Below are positions 35,466 through 44,153 of a DNA stretch of 61,740 bases, one piece after another. Source of the DNA: Christensenellales bacterium (GTDB lineage Bacteria; Bacillota; Clostridia; Christensenellales; CAG-917); the NCBI GenBank assembly GCA_048394785.1, contig DBFJGL010000056.1, positions 1-61,740 on the forward strand. Direction: 5' to 3'. Each line of letters starts with the position of its first letter. The first letter of the stretch is position 1. The position numbers and the translations under genes were made by a program. The notes beneath the pieces were generated by a model that saw nothing but the letters and a program-made list of their open reading frames with translations, was not told the DNA's origin and searched no databases.

Positions 35466-37704
35466 ACTTTGGAAACGACTGAAAAAGCTGCTCGCAATCA
35501 TCGGTTGCGTATGGTTTGTATCGTGTATCGCGGGATTCTTTCTCAACTGCCTTTTTACCTACGAATTTGAGTTCCGCGCGGATATAAACCTGCTTGTGGA
35601 CGGAAAGACCTATCTCTACGCTTTCCTGCTTTCGGTTATCGCGCTGAACGTCGTTCTCGCCTATTACTATAAGCACTACTGGCTGAAAAACAGCAAAAAG
35701 ATCATACAGGGCGACGAGCGCGACAACGACGTAGCGGCAAACTTGGAACAGGCGCGTTTTCAGACACAGGAAGAAATCGACAGGAACTATACGCGCGTCG
35801 AGTATGGCGAGCTTGCCGGGCAGAACGTCGTCGGCATCCCCGTTATGGCGGTGGAACGCAGAGGCAAGTACGAAATCCACCTTGCGAAGAACGCGCACAC
35901 GATGATTATCGGCACGACGGGCAGCGGCAAGACCACGACGTTTATCAATCCCACGGTGCAGATACTCTCGCAGAGCGCGGCAAAGCCGTCTATGCTCATA
36001 TCCGATCCGAAGGGCGAACTCTACGCTCTGCACGCCAAGTCTTTGACGGACAAGGGCTACGAAACGAAAGTGCTGGACTTGCGAAACCCGTACAATTCCA
36101 CGCGCTGGAATCCGCTCGAACGCCCGTTTTTGAACTATCAGCGAATGCTACATATCGAGGACGAAGTGACGGCGGACGAGGAACGCGGCGGCTATGTGTT
36201 CGGGAACGAACTGTATCACAACCCCGAAGATTTGCAATCGGCATTACAAGTCAAACGGCAATGGCTGTTCGACCAAGTGTACGAGGACTTGCACGATATG
36301 ATCACCGTACTTTGCCCGATTACCAATAAGAACGAGCCGATCTGGGAAAGCGGGGCAAAGAACTTTATTCTCGCCATAGCGATTGCCATGCTGGAAGATT
36401 CCGCCAACCCCGAACTCGGCATGACGAAAGAAAAGTACAATTTCTACAACCTGATGAAAATCGCCACGAACACCGAAGACGACTGCGCGGAGCTCGTCAG
36501 ATACTTTCAGGGGCGCGGTCCGCTCTCGAAAGCGTTGTCCTTGTCCAAACAGGTGCTCGACAGCGCGGACAAAACGCGCGGCAGCTACCTTTCCACTATG
36601 TTCGACAAGCTCAATATCTTTGCGGACTTGTCGCTGTGTTCGTTGACCTGCGCCAATGAAATCACGTTTGCGGATATGGCGGAAAAGCCGATTGCGCTCT
36701 TTCTGCAAATCCCCGACGAGAAAGAAACGCGGCACACTCTGGCGGCAATGGTACTGCTGCAAGCCTACAAGGAGCTTGTGGCGAAAGCAAACACCTATCC
36801 CGACCTGACGCTGCCGCGCTCGGTGTATTTCCTTATGGACGAGTTCGGGAATCTTCCGCCCATCCACAAAATGGAGCAAATGGTCACGGTGGGGCGCTCG
36901 CGCAACCTTTGGCTTTGCCTTGTCATTCAGTCGTATGCGCAGCTTGCCAAAGTGTACGACGACAAGGTGGCGGATATTATCAAGTCCAACTGCAATATCC
37001 AGACGTTCATCGGCACGAGCGACTTTAAGACGGTAGAAGAATTTTCCAAGCGCTGCGGCAATTTCTCGGTGATTACCCGCAACGTCGGCTACAACACGGT
37101 CAAGGCGGACGATATAAATTCCAATGCGAGCATTAAGGAACGCCCGCTGATCTATCCGTCCGAACTATCCCAGCTCAACCGCCCCGGCGATATGGGCAAC
37201 GCCGTTATCACGGTGTTCGGGTTCCGGCCGATCCGGGCAAAGTTCACGCCGTCCTACGCCGCAACCGCGTACACGCTGGAAAAGACGGAGCAACGGCTTG
37301 CCGCAGGTCGGTACTTTGACGAAGAAAAGGTTTTCTACGATATGAAAAAGCGGAACGGCATCGTCGTGCCGCCTAAGCGTCCCTTATCCGGCAAACGGGC
37401 AAACGAAGCGGTAATACAGGCGCAGCTTTCGGCGTCGATTGAAAAGGCGAAAGCGGACGTTGACCGCCTTATTTCCTGCGAGATTTTGCAGGATACCAAG
37501 CAAATAGAACTCTTGCAGCTCATCGACAGGCATTGTTTCCGCCAAGCGCAGAGCCTTGTCGAAGAAGCGTCCCGGCACGCCGCCGCGCTGCAATACGAAC
37601 ACCTGATTGCGGATCTGGACGCGCTCTCGCACAGACTGTTTCAACTCTCGCGCTTGGCGGGTGAAACGCAACTCAAAAATGAAAGGAGGATTACCATTGA
37701 CTAA
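35452..37704 (+). CDS. type IV coupling protein (VirD4/TraG family)
   Basis: Two N-terminal TM helices, Walker A GTTGSGKTTTFINP, and Walker B region VYFLMDEFGNLP. Confidence 0.88.
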   Translation: MKWNKLWKRLKKLLAIIGCVWFVSCIAGFFLNCLFTYEFEFRADINLLVDGKTYLYAFLLSVIALNVVLAYYYKHYWLKNSKKIIQGDERDNDVAANLEQARFQTQEEIDRNYTRVEYGELAGQNVVGIPVMAVERRGKYEIHLAKNAHTMIIGTTGSGKTTTFINPTVQILSQSAAKPSMLISDPKGELYALHAKSLTDKGYETKVLDLRNPYNSTRWNPLERPFLNYQRMLHIEDEVTADEERGGYVFGNELYHNPEDLQSALQVKRQWLFDQVYEDLHDMITVLCPITNKNEPIWESGAKNFILAIAIAMLEDSANPELGMTKEKYNFYNLMKIATNTEDDCAELVRYFQGRGPLSKALSLSKQVLDSADKTRGSYLSTMFDKLNIFADLSLCSLTCANEITFADMAEKPIALFLQIPDEKETRHTLAAMVLLQAYKELVAKANTYPDLTLPRSVYFLMDEFGNLPPIHKMEQMVTVGRSRNLWLCLVIQSYAQLAKVYDDKVADIIKSNCNIQTFIGTSDFKTVEEFSKRCGNFSVITRNVGYNTVKADDINSNASIKERPLIYPSELSQLNRPGDMGNAVITVFGFRPIRAKFTPSYAATAYTLEKTEQRLAAGRYFDEEKVFYDMKKRNGIVVPPKRPLSGKRANEAVIQAQLSASIEKAKADVDRLISCEILQDTKQIELLQLIDRHCFRQAQSLVEEASRHAAALQYEHLIADLDALSHRLFQLSRLAGETQLKNERRITID

Positions 37705-40700
37705 AACCAAACGCAAAATTCTGTTTCCCGTGCTCATCCTGCTATTTGCGCTCGCCGTACTCGGCGCTATATTCGGCGCGGGAACAATGACGGCATCGGC
37801 TGCTACTTACACGACGCCGAAGTATAAGACCTACGGCACGACGACCGAAGGCACGTCCGCCACGAGCGGCAGTCCGAGCAATTTCTCGATCTATATGCAC
37901 GGTTCGTCTGCGAGCGGCACGGGTACGATGTACAACGACAGGCTCATCGATTGGAGCTATGTGTATATCAAAATCGAAGTGAGCGCGATGTCCGCCCACG
38001 AATCGTTCAAACTGACGAGAAACGGTTATTCGTATTCGAGCAAAACCTTATCGGGCAACGGCAATATGACGCTGTATTCGGGCGCGTTATCCGACGGCGA
38101 GTACGAATTGACCTACATCGGCAACTATAAGAAAAATCTCTTTACGGGACGCAGAACCTTTACATACAAATACCGTTTTGAAGTGGATAAGAGCGCGCCG
38201 ACCTACACCCTGAAAGCGGGCGGCAGTACCGTTTCGAGCGGCAGTTATACGAACAAGCAGATTGTATATACCGCGACGGATAAGAATTTCGATGCAATCC
38301 GTTACAAGCGTCCGACGTCGAGCAGTTACAGCACGACCTATGCGACAAGCTACACCGTTGCCGCAACGGACGGCAATAACGGCCGGTGGTATTTCTATGC
38401 CCGCGACGATATGAGTACTACCAACTCGACCGTGAGCGTGTATCTGGATACGGTGAAGCCCGTCGGAAAAGTGACGTCGAACGGCTCTACCGTTTCAAAC
38501 GGCGGTTACACCAATAAGCCGTTCTACTACACGGCGAGCGACACGGGCGGCGTGTTAAAATATGAGATCAAAAAAGCGGGTTCTTCCGCTTGGACGTCCT
38601 ACGCGTCCGGCACGAGCATTTCGGGAACGAACGGCTGGTATTATTTCAGAGCGACCGACAAAGCGGGCAATGTTTCGGACGAGTACAAGATTTGCTACGA
38701 TACCGTCATTCCGTCCGCATCGCTGTATTCGGGAACGAGTACGGTTCCGGGCGGCTCTTATTCGGGCGCGGACTATGTGAAGTTCGTCACGTCCGATTCG
38801 ATGTCGGGTATTTCCGCCGCATACGTCAAAATGCCGAACAGTTCCTACTACACGACCTATTCGAGCGGCAGTCAGTTGACCGCCGAAGGAACGTACACGT
38901 TCTATGCGGTAGACAAAGCCCGCAACACGACTTCGTACTACACGATTACTCTGGACAAGACGAAACCTACGGGAACGCTTTATGCGGGAACGAACGCCGT
39001 CACGAACGGTACGTTTACCAACGCGTCCTACGTCCGATTCGTGCCGTATGACGGGGTGTCCGGCGTATCGTCGATCTATGTGAAGAAGCCCGGTACAAGC
39101 GGATATATCGCCTACACGAGCGGAGCGTCGCTCTATGACGTCGGCAAGTACGAGTTCTACGCCCTTGACAAAAGCGGCAACCGCTCGGATACCTATACGG
39201 TCACAATCGACCGCAGTATCCCCGCCGCACAGCTCTATGCGGACGGCGAGCCCGTATCCAACAACAGCTACACAAACGGCGGGCATATCTATTTCGATTC
39301 GTCGGACACAAACCTGCGCGCCTGCTATGTGAAACTTCCGAACAGCGCGAGCTTTATCTCTTACACGGTCGGCACGGAGTTCTACAAGCCCGGCAAGTAC
39401 ACGTTCTATGCCGTTGACGAAGCGGGGCAGTCTACGGGCTACTATTCTATCGTCATCGACCGCACGAACAAGCCTTTGACGTTCAATAACGTCGTTGACG
39501 GACTGACCGACGGCAACGTCACGATCACTTGGACGAACGGCGACGCGGACGTGTTCGCGCCCGTTAAAAGCGTGACCGTGAACGGCGTGCCGTATGCGAA
39601 CGGCGCGGTTATCCGCACAATCGACACGGGCGAATATCACGTCGTCTGCACCGACGCCGCCGGCAACGTCTGGACGGGCGATTTTAAGGCAAACACGGTA
39701 AACGTCGCAACTCGGACCTTGCAGCAGGAATACTGGGAAGCGACCGACGGGAACGGCGAAGCCTTTGCGTTCGAGAACTACGACAACGCGTTCGCCTTTG
39801 CCTGCGAGCGTGAAAAGACCTATATCCGCACGGGCGAATGGAACAATACGGCTTGGGACACGGGCATCCCTATGGACGAGAAAGACGCGGCAAACGCCGC
39901 CAACGGCACGTATTTTATCTACAAGAAATCCGGCGATCCGAAAACCGAAGTTGCGTACTTTACGGAAGAACGTTTGAACGAAGTCATTGCGGAATATGCC
40001 AAGGTCGGTATCGAGAGCTATTTCTATTGGGAGAAAGTCCACGCCGCCGCCGGCGAGAACCAAAACCTGTACCGCTATTCAGACGGGAAAACCATTCTTG
40101 CAAATGCTGTCACGTTCAACGAAGGCGTGACCTTTACGGTTGACGGCGAAATCGTGAACGGGCTTGTCTACGACGTCGAAGGCGTACACGAACTGATCGT
40201 GTCCGACGCTTACGGCAACGAGTGCGTTTATTCCCTGATCGTGGTTCGCGACGTTCCCGAAATCGGGTACGCACTCGGCGAAGGCGGTAAGAACACGGTC
40301 GTGTTTGACCGCGAATATCGCTTTATCGGCAACGTGACCGTTTCGATTTACGACGAGTTCGACGAAATGGCAATGTTCTGCGTGTACGACGATGCGGAAA
40401 ATCTGCTCGCTACGCTGAAAAAGGACGAAACCTATCTCTTGGATAAGAGCGGCAAGTACACCGTTCAGGCGGTCAATCATGCGGGTAAATCCGAAGTGTT
40501 CGTGCTGTATATCTCTCTCGATGCGCCGAGCGTTTCCTTTACGGAGAACGCCGCAGACAAGACGTTGGAAATCGACGTTACGGACAGCGAGGATCAATAT
40601 TCCGCGTTGCAGACGATAGCCGTTCTCAAATCCACGGACAATGGCGAAACTTGGGTAACGCTCGAAAGCGACGATTACGGAAAAGCGATCTCGCCGGAAA

Positions 40701-41986
40701 CCCTTTCGTACCGATTCCGCACGAGCGGACTTTACAAGGTCGTGCTTACGGACGAGTTCAGAACGGGCATCGATTCGGTTATCGCGACTTTTGATTACGT
40801 CCAGCCCGAACCCGCCGGCACACTTACGGGCGCGGAAAACGGCGGCTACACCAACACCGACGTGAGCTTTGCTTGGGAGGACGAAGCGGTCGTAACGGTA
40901 ACGAAAGACGGCGAAGAAATCGCCTATCTTTCGGGGCAGAAACTGACCGAAAACGGCGCGTACACCATCACGTTCGAGAACTACGACGGCTATACCGCGA
41001 CCTATTCGTTTATCATTGACAAGACCGCGCCGGACGTTGCTTTGGGCGGTTGCGAGAACGGTGCCGCCACGAACGGCGCCGTGTCCGTAACGGTTTCCGA
41101 AAGCGATTTGAGCGTGCGGCTTTACAAGGACGGCGAACTCGTCGGGAACTATGAGCGCGGCGCCGACGTTACCGCCGAAGGAAGCTATCGCGTGATTGCG
41201 ACGGACAAAGCCGGCAACGTGACGGAGTTCCATTTCACGATTGACAAATCCGTGGATTTTACGGCGGACATTTACAACAATGCGATTGTCAATTCCATGA
41301 CCTTTACGGCGAACGAAAACTTGTCCGTGAGCGTCACGAAAGACGGCGAAAGCCTTGCCTATACGTTCGGCGATACACTGACCGAAGCGGGCAAATACAC
41401 CGTCGTTCTGACCGACGAACTGGGTAACGGCAAGGCGTTTGATTTTACCGTGACCGAACCGCTCGTGCAGAAATTCTTTCACAATTTCGACGGCATTTCG
41501 GGGCTTGAAAAAGTGAGCGTGAACGGCGAAGAAACGCGGCTCAACTACGGCGATTTGACGCTCGATAGAAGCGGCGTATATGAAATCGCCGTGAGAGTGA
41601 ACGGCAAGGATTATACCTTTACCGTAACCGTTGACAGCACCGCGCCGACCGCTGTATTACACGGCGTGGAAAACGGCGGGGCGACCAAAGGCGGCGTGAG
41701 CATTTCCGACCTGACCGAAGATGCAGTCGTCGAGGTCTATAAGGACAATGAGAAAATAGACTACAAGCTCGGCGACGAACTGATTGAAGTCGGCAAGTAC
41801 CGCGTGGTTCTGACGGACGAACTCGGCAACGCGAGCGAATACTCGTTCGAGATTTTGTACTCGGTCAACGGCGGCGCCATCGCATTGATCGTAATCGGAA
41901 TTCTCGTCCTTGTCGGCGGAACCGTAACGGTCGTGATTATGCGAAAGAAAGGCAAGTTCGGAAAGTCCAAAAGGGATAAAAACTGA
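37679..41986 (+). CDS. large surface protein with tandem Ig-like repeats and C-terminal TM anchor (~1435 aa)
   Basis: Signal/TM segment ILFPVLILLFALAVLGAIFGAGTMTASA. At least six repeats of about 78 aa of the type G.YTN....Y.A.D.AGN.S..Y.I..D...P, plus a second repeat type (VTKDGE..Y..G..LTE.G.Y.V.LTDELGN). C-terminal TM helix followed by MRKKGKFGKSKRDKN. Alternative TTG start at 37697. Confidence 0.75.
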   Translation: MKGGLPLTKTKRKILFPVLILLFALAVLGAIFGAGTMTASAATYTTPKYKTYGTTTEGTSATSGSPSNFSIYMHGSSASGTGTMYNDRLIDWSYVYIKIEVSAMSAHESFKLTRNGYSYSSKTLSGNGNMTLYSGALSDGEYELTYIGNYKKNLFTGRRTFTYKYRFEVDKSAPTYTLKAGGSTVSSGSYTNKQIVYTATDKNFDAIRYKRPTSSSYSTTYATSYTVAATDGNNGRWYFYARDDMSTTNSTVSVYLDTVKPVGKVTSNGSTVSNGGYTNKPFYYTASDTGGVLKYEIKKAGSSAWTSYASGTSISGTNGWYYFRATDKAGNVSDEYKICYDTVIPSASLYSGTSTVPGGSYSGADYVKFVTSDSMSGISAAYVKMPNSSYYTTYSSGSQLTAEGTYTFYAVDKARNTTSYYTITLDKTKPTGTLYAGTNAVTNGTFTNASYVRFVPYDGVSGVSSIYVKKPGTSGYIAYTSGASLYDVGKYEFYALDKSGNRSDTYTVTIDRSIPAAQLYADGEPVSNNSYTNGGHIYFDSSDTNLRACYVKLPNSASFISYTVGTEFYKPGKYTFYAVDEAGQSTGYYSIVIDRTNKPLTFNNVVDGLTDGNVTITWTNGDADVFAPVKSVTVNGVPYANGAVIRTIDTGEYHVVCTDAAGNVWTGDFKANTVNVATRTLQQEYWEATDGNGEAFAFENYDNAFAFACEREKTYIRTGEWNNTAWDTGIPMDEKDAANAANGTYFIYKKSGDPKTEVAYFTEERLNEVIAEYAKVGIESYFYWEKVHAAAGENQNLYRYSDGKTILANAVTFNEGVTFTVDGEIVNGLVYDVEGVHELIVSDAYGNECVYSLIVVRDVPEIGYALGEGGKNTVVFDREYRFIGNVTVSIYDEFDEMAMFCVYDDAENLLATLKKDETYLLDKSGKYTVQAVNHAGKSEVFVLYISLDAPSVSFTENAADKTLEIDVTDSEDQYSALQTIAVLKSTDNGETWVTLESDDYGKAISPETLSYRFRTSGLYKVVLTDEFRTGIDSVIATFDYVQPEPAGTLTGAENGGYTNTDVSFAWEDEAVVTVTKDGEEIAYLSGQKLTENGAYTITFENYDGYTATYSFIIDKTAPDVALGGCENGAATNGAVSVTVSESDLSVRLYKDGELVGNYERGADVTAEGSYRVIATDKAGNVTEFHFTIDKSVDFTADIYNNAIVNSMTFTANENLSVSVTKDGESLAYTFGDTLTEAGKYTVVLTDELGNGKAFDFTVTEPLVQKFFHNFDGISGLEKVSVNGEETRLNYGDLTLDRSGVYEIAVRVNGKDYTFTVTVDSTAPTAVLHGVENGGATKGGVSISDLTEDAVVEVYKDNEKIDYKLGDELIEVGKYRVVLTDELGNASEYSFEILYSVNGGAIALIVIGILVLVGGTVTVVIMRKKGKFGKSKRDKN

Positions 41987-42144
41987 ATCAAAAACAGAGA
42001 AAAAGACCTAATTTTTTGAACAGGATAAGGGGCGAGATTCACTTTACGGATCTCGCCCATCCTTTACGAGAAACGGGATACCCGTTTTCGTCTGCCACAG
42101 GGCGCAATCTTGCGCCTTTTCAAATCCATATAAGGAGGTAAACT

Positions 42145-42450
42145 ATGAACAATTCGGCGGTAAATTTACTTGCCGCAAAGGTCGATTTCGCGCCCATCAT
42201 CGCACCCGTTCTGGAAGTGCTGAACGCGCTCTTATGGCCATGCATAGCCATTGTCGGGGCTGTGGGGATGATCTACTGCATATTTCTCGGCATCAAGATT
42301 GCAAAGTCAGACGAGCAAAACAGCCGTGAGAAGGCGAAGAAAGACCTTATCGGCGCGATTATCGGGTTCCTTATAATCTTTGTCCTGATCGTCGCTTTGA
42401 AGATTGCAATGCCCATTCTGCAAGACTGGGTGCAGTCGCAAATAAAGTGA
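42145..42450 (+). CDS. small two-TM pilin-like (VirB2/TrbC-like) conjugal transfer protein
   Basis: 101 aa with two hydrophobic helices separated by a KSDEQNSREKAKKD loop. It is the first gene of a pilin-like / polytopic / ATPase trio. Confidence 0.55.
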   Translation: MNNSAVNLLAAKVDFAPIIAPVLEVLNALLWPCIAIVGAVGMIYCIFLGIKIAKSDEQNSREKAKKDLIGAIIGFLIIFVLIVALKIAMPILQDWVQSQIK

Positions 42451-42461
42451 GGTGATGAAAC

Positions 42462-44153
42462 TTGGGCGACTGGTTATTCGGCTGGGTGTACGATTTGCTT
42501 TACATCCTGCAAAAATCTATCTGCTATCTTTTGGACTTTATACGGGCAGTTTTCTGTAAACTCGCAGGAATCGAAACGGTCGCCATTGACGGTGAACAGA
42601 GCGAAATACTGACGCATTTCATCCTGTCGGACAGTATCCGAAACGCCTTTTTGGGCGTGTTTTTAATCGGCGTCATTCTGCTGTTCGTGTTCGTCATAAT
42701 CGCCATAATCAAGAGCGAAGCCGCCGATCCGCAGCACCAGAAAACAAAGGGACAGATCATTGCAAAAGCCTTGCAGAGCTTTGTCGTGTTCCTGCTCATT
42801 CCGTTTTTGCTCGTTGCGGGTATCATGCTCGCCAACGTCATCGTGGGCGCTATCCACGGGAGTATGACGGGCGCGATTTACGACGGGAACACGACGTCGC
42901 TGATCGGCGGTCAGATACTCGTCACGAGCGGCAGCGAAGCGTATATCGGTCCTGCCGGCAGCCGTGCGGAAATTGAGAGAATGTTCGTCACGGGACAGCT
43001 CGATTACAACAAACTTTCCGTCGTCAAGCAATACTACGATTTGGGCGATATGAACTTTTTTGTCGGCATTGCGGGCGGCTTGGCGATACTCGTCATGTTC
43101 GTGATGTCGGCGGTTATGTTCGTGCAGAGAATTTTCGATATTATTCTTCTCTACATTGTGTCGCCCGCGTCGGTGTCCACGATTCCGCTCGACGACGGCG
43201 GCAGGTTCCGCATCTGGCGGGAAATGCTCGTGTCGAAGGTACTCGGCGCCTACGGCATTATCTTGTCAATGAATATATTTTTCCTGATCATTCCGCAGGT
43301 CTCGAAAATCGCCTTTTTCGGGGATACGTTCAAGGACGGGGTAATTCAGCTCTTATTCATTCTCGGCGGCGCATTCTCTATCACGAAGGCGAATATGATC
43401 ATCGCCCAGCTCACGGGAACAAACGCCGGTATGCAGGAAATGCAGCAGATGATGAGCAACGTCCATTCGGGTATACACTTGGTGCGCACGGCCGGACACG
43501 TTGCGGCGGGAGCGGCCGGTATGATTATCGGCGGCACGGACTTTCTTTCCAACCGCAAGCACGGCGCGTCCTTATCCGAAAATCTTTCCGCTGCCATACA
43601 CTCGCAGCGCAATCAGCACATTGTAGAGAGCGACGATTCGGACGACGATCCGCCCGGCGGTTCCGGCGGAGGTTCGGGCGGCAATCCCACTGCAAACGAT
43701 TCCAATGTATCCGATACCGCAAGGCAAAGCGATACCGCACCGGACAACGGCACGGCGACATCGGAAAGCGCGGCGGAAACGGTAGCAAGCGCAAGCTCGG
43801 CGACCGACGAAGCGGTATCCGAAGCGGCAAGCGCAGACGTGCGGGCAACGGAAACGGAAGCGGACGAACCGACGGCGGCAAGACCGATGACCGAAGAAGG
43901 CGAAACCGCACAGTCCGCCAAGAAATCGAATGTAACGTTCGGTTCGGTGGTCAAAGGCACGACAAGGCTTGCCACCATGCCCGTCGGCGTACTCAAAGAC
44001 CTTATTCAGGGCGGCGTCATCGTTGCGGGCAAGAATTTCGGCGCGCGCGTGAAAAACGTACTCAAAGGAAATACCGTCATCAACCGCGCAGACGTGAAAA
44101 AGCCCGTAGAAAAAGCGGCGCAATCCGCATCGAAGGAGACCGATAAAAAATGA
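42462..44153 (+). CDS. polytopic membrane protein, VirB6/TrbL-like, with acidic Ser/Ala/Thr-rich C-terminal tail
   Basis: TTG start, 7 nt from GAGGTG. At least 6 TM helices. The C-terminal ~190 aa are low-complexity sequence. Confidence 0.6.
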   Translation: MGDWLFGWVYDLLYILQKSICYLLDFIRAVFCKLAGIETVAIDGEQSEILTHFILSDSIRNAFLGVFLIGVILLFVFVIIAIIKSEAADPQHQKTKGQIIAKALQSFVVFLLIPFLLVAGIMLANVIVGAIHGSMTGAIYDGNTTSLIGGQILVTSGSEAYIGPAGSRAEIERMFVTGQLDYNKLSVVKQYYDLGDMNFFVGIAGGLAILVMFVMSAVMFVQRIFDIILLYIVSPASVSTIPLDDGGRFRIWREMLVSKVLGAYGIILSMNIFFLIIPQVSKIAFFGDTFKDGVIQLLFILGGAFSITKANMIIAQLTGTNAGMQEMQQMMSNVHSGIHLVRTAGHVAAGAAGMIIGGTDFLSNRKHGASLSENLSAAIHSQRNQHIVESDDSDDDPPGGSGGGSGGNPTANDSNVSDTARQSDTAPDNGTATSESAAETVASASSATDEAVSEAASADVRATETEADEPTAARPMTEEGETAQSAKKSNVTFGSVVKGTTRLATMPVGVLKDLIQGGVIVAGKNFGARVKNVLKGNTVINRADVKKPVEKAAQSASKETDKK

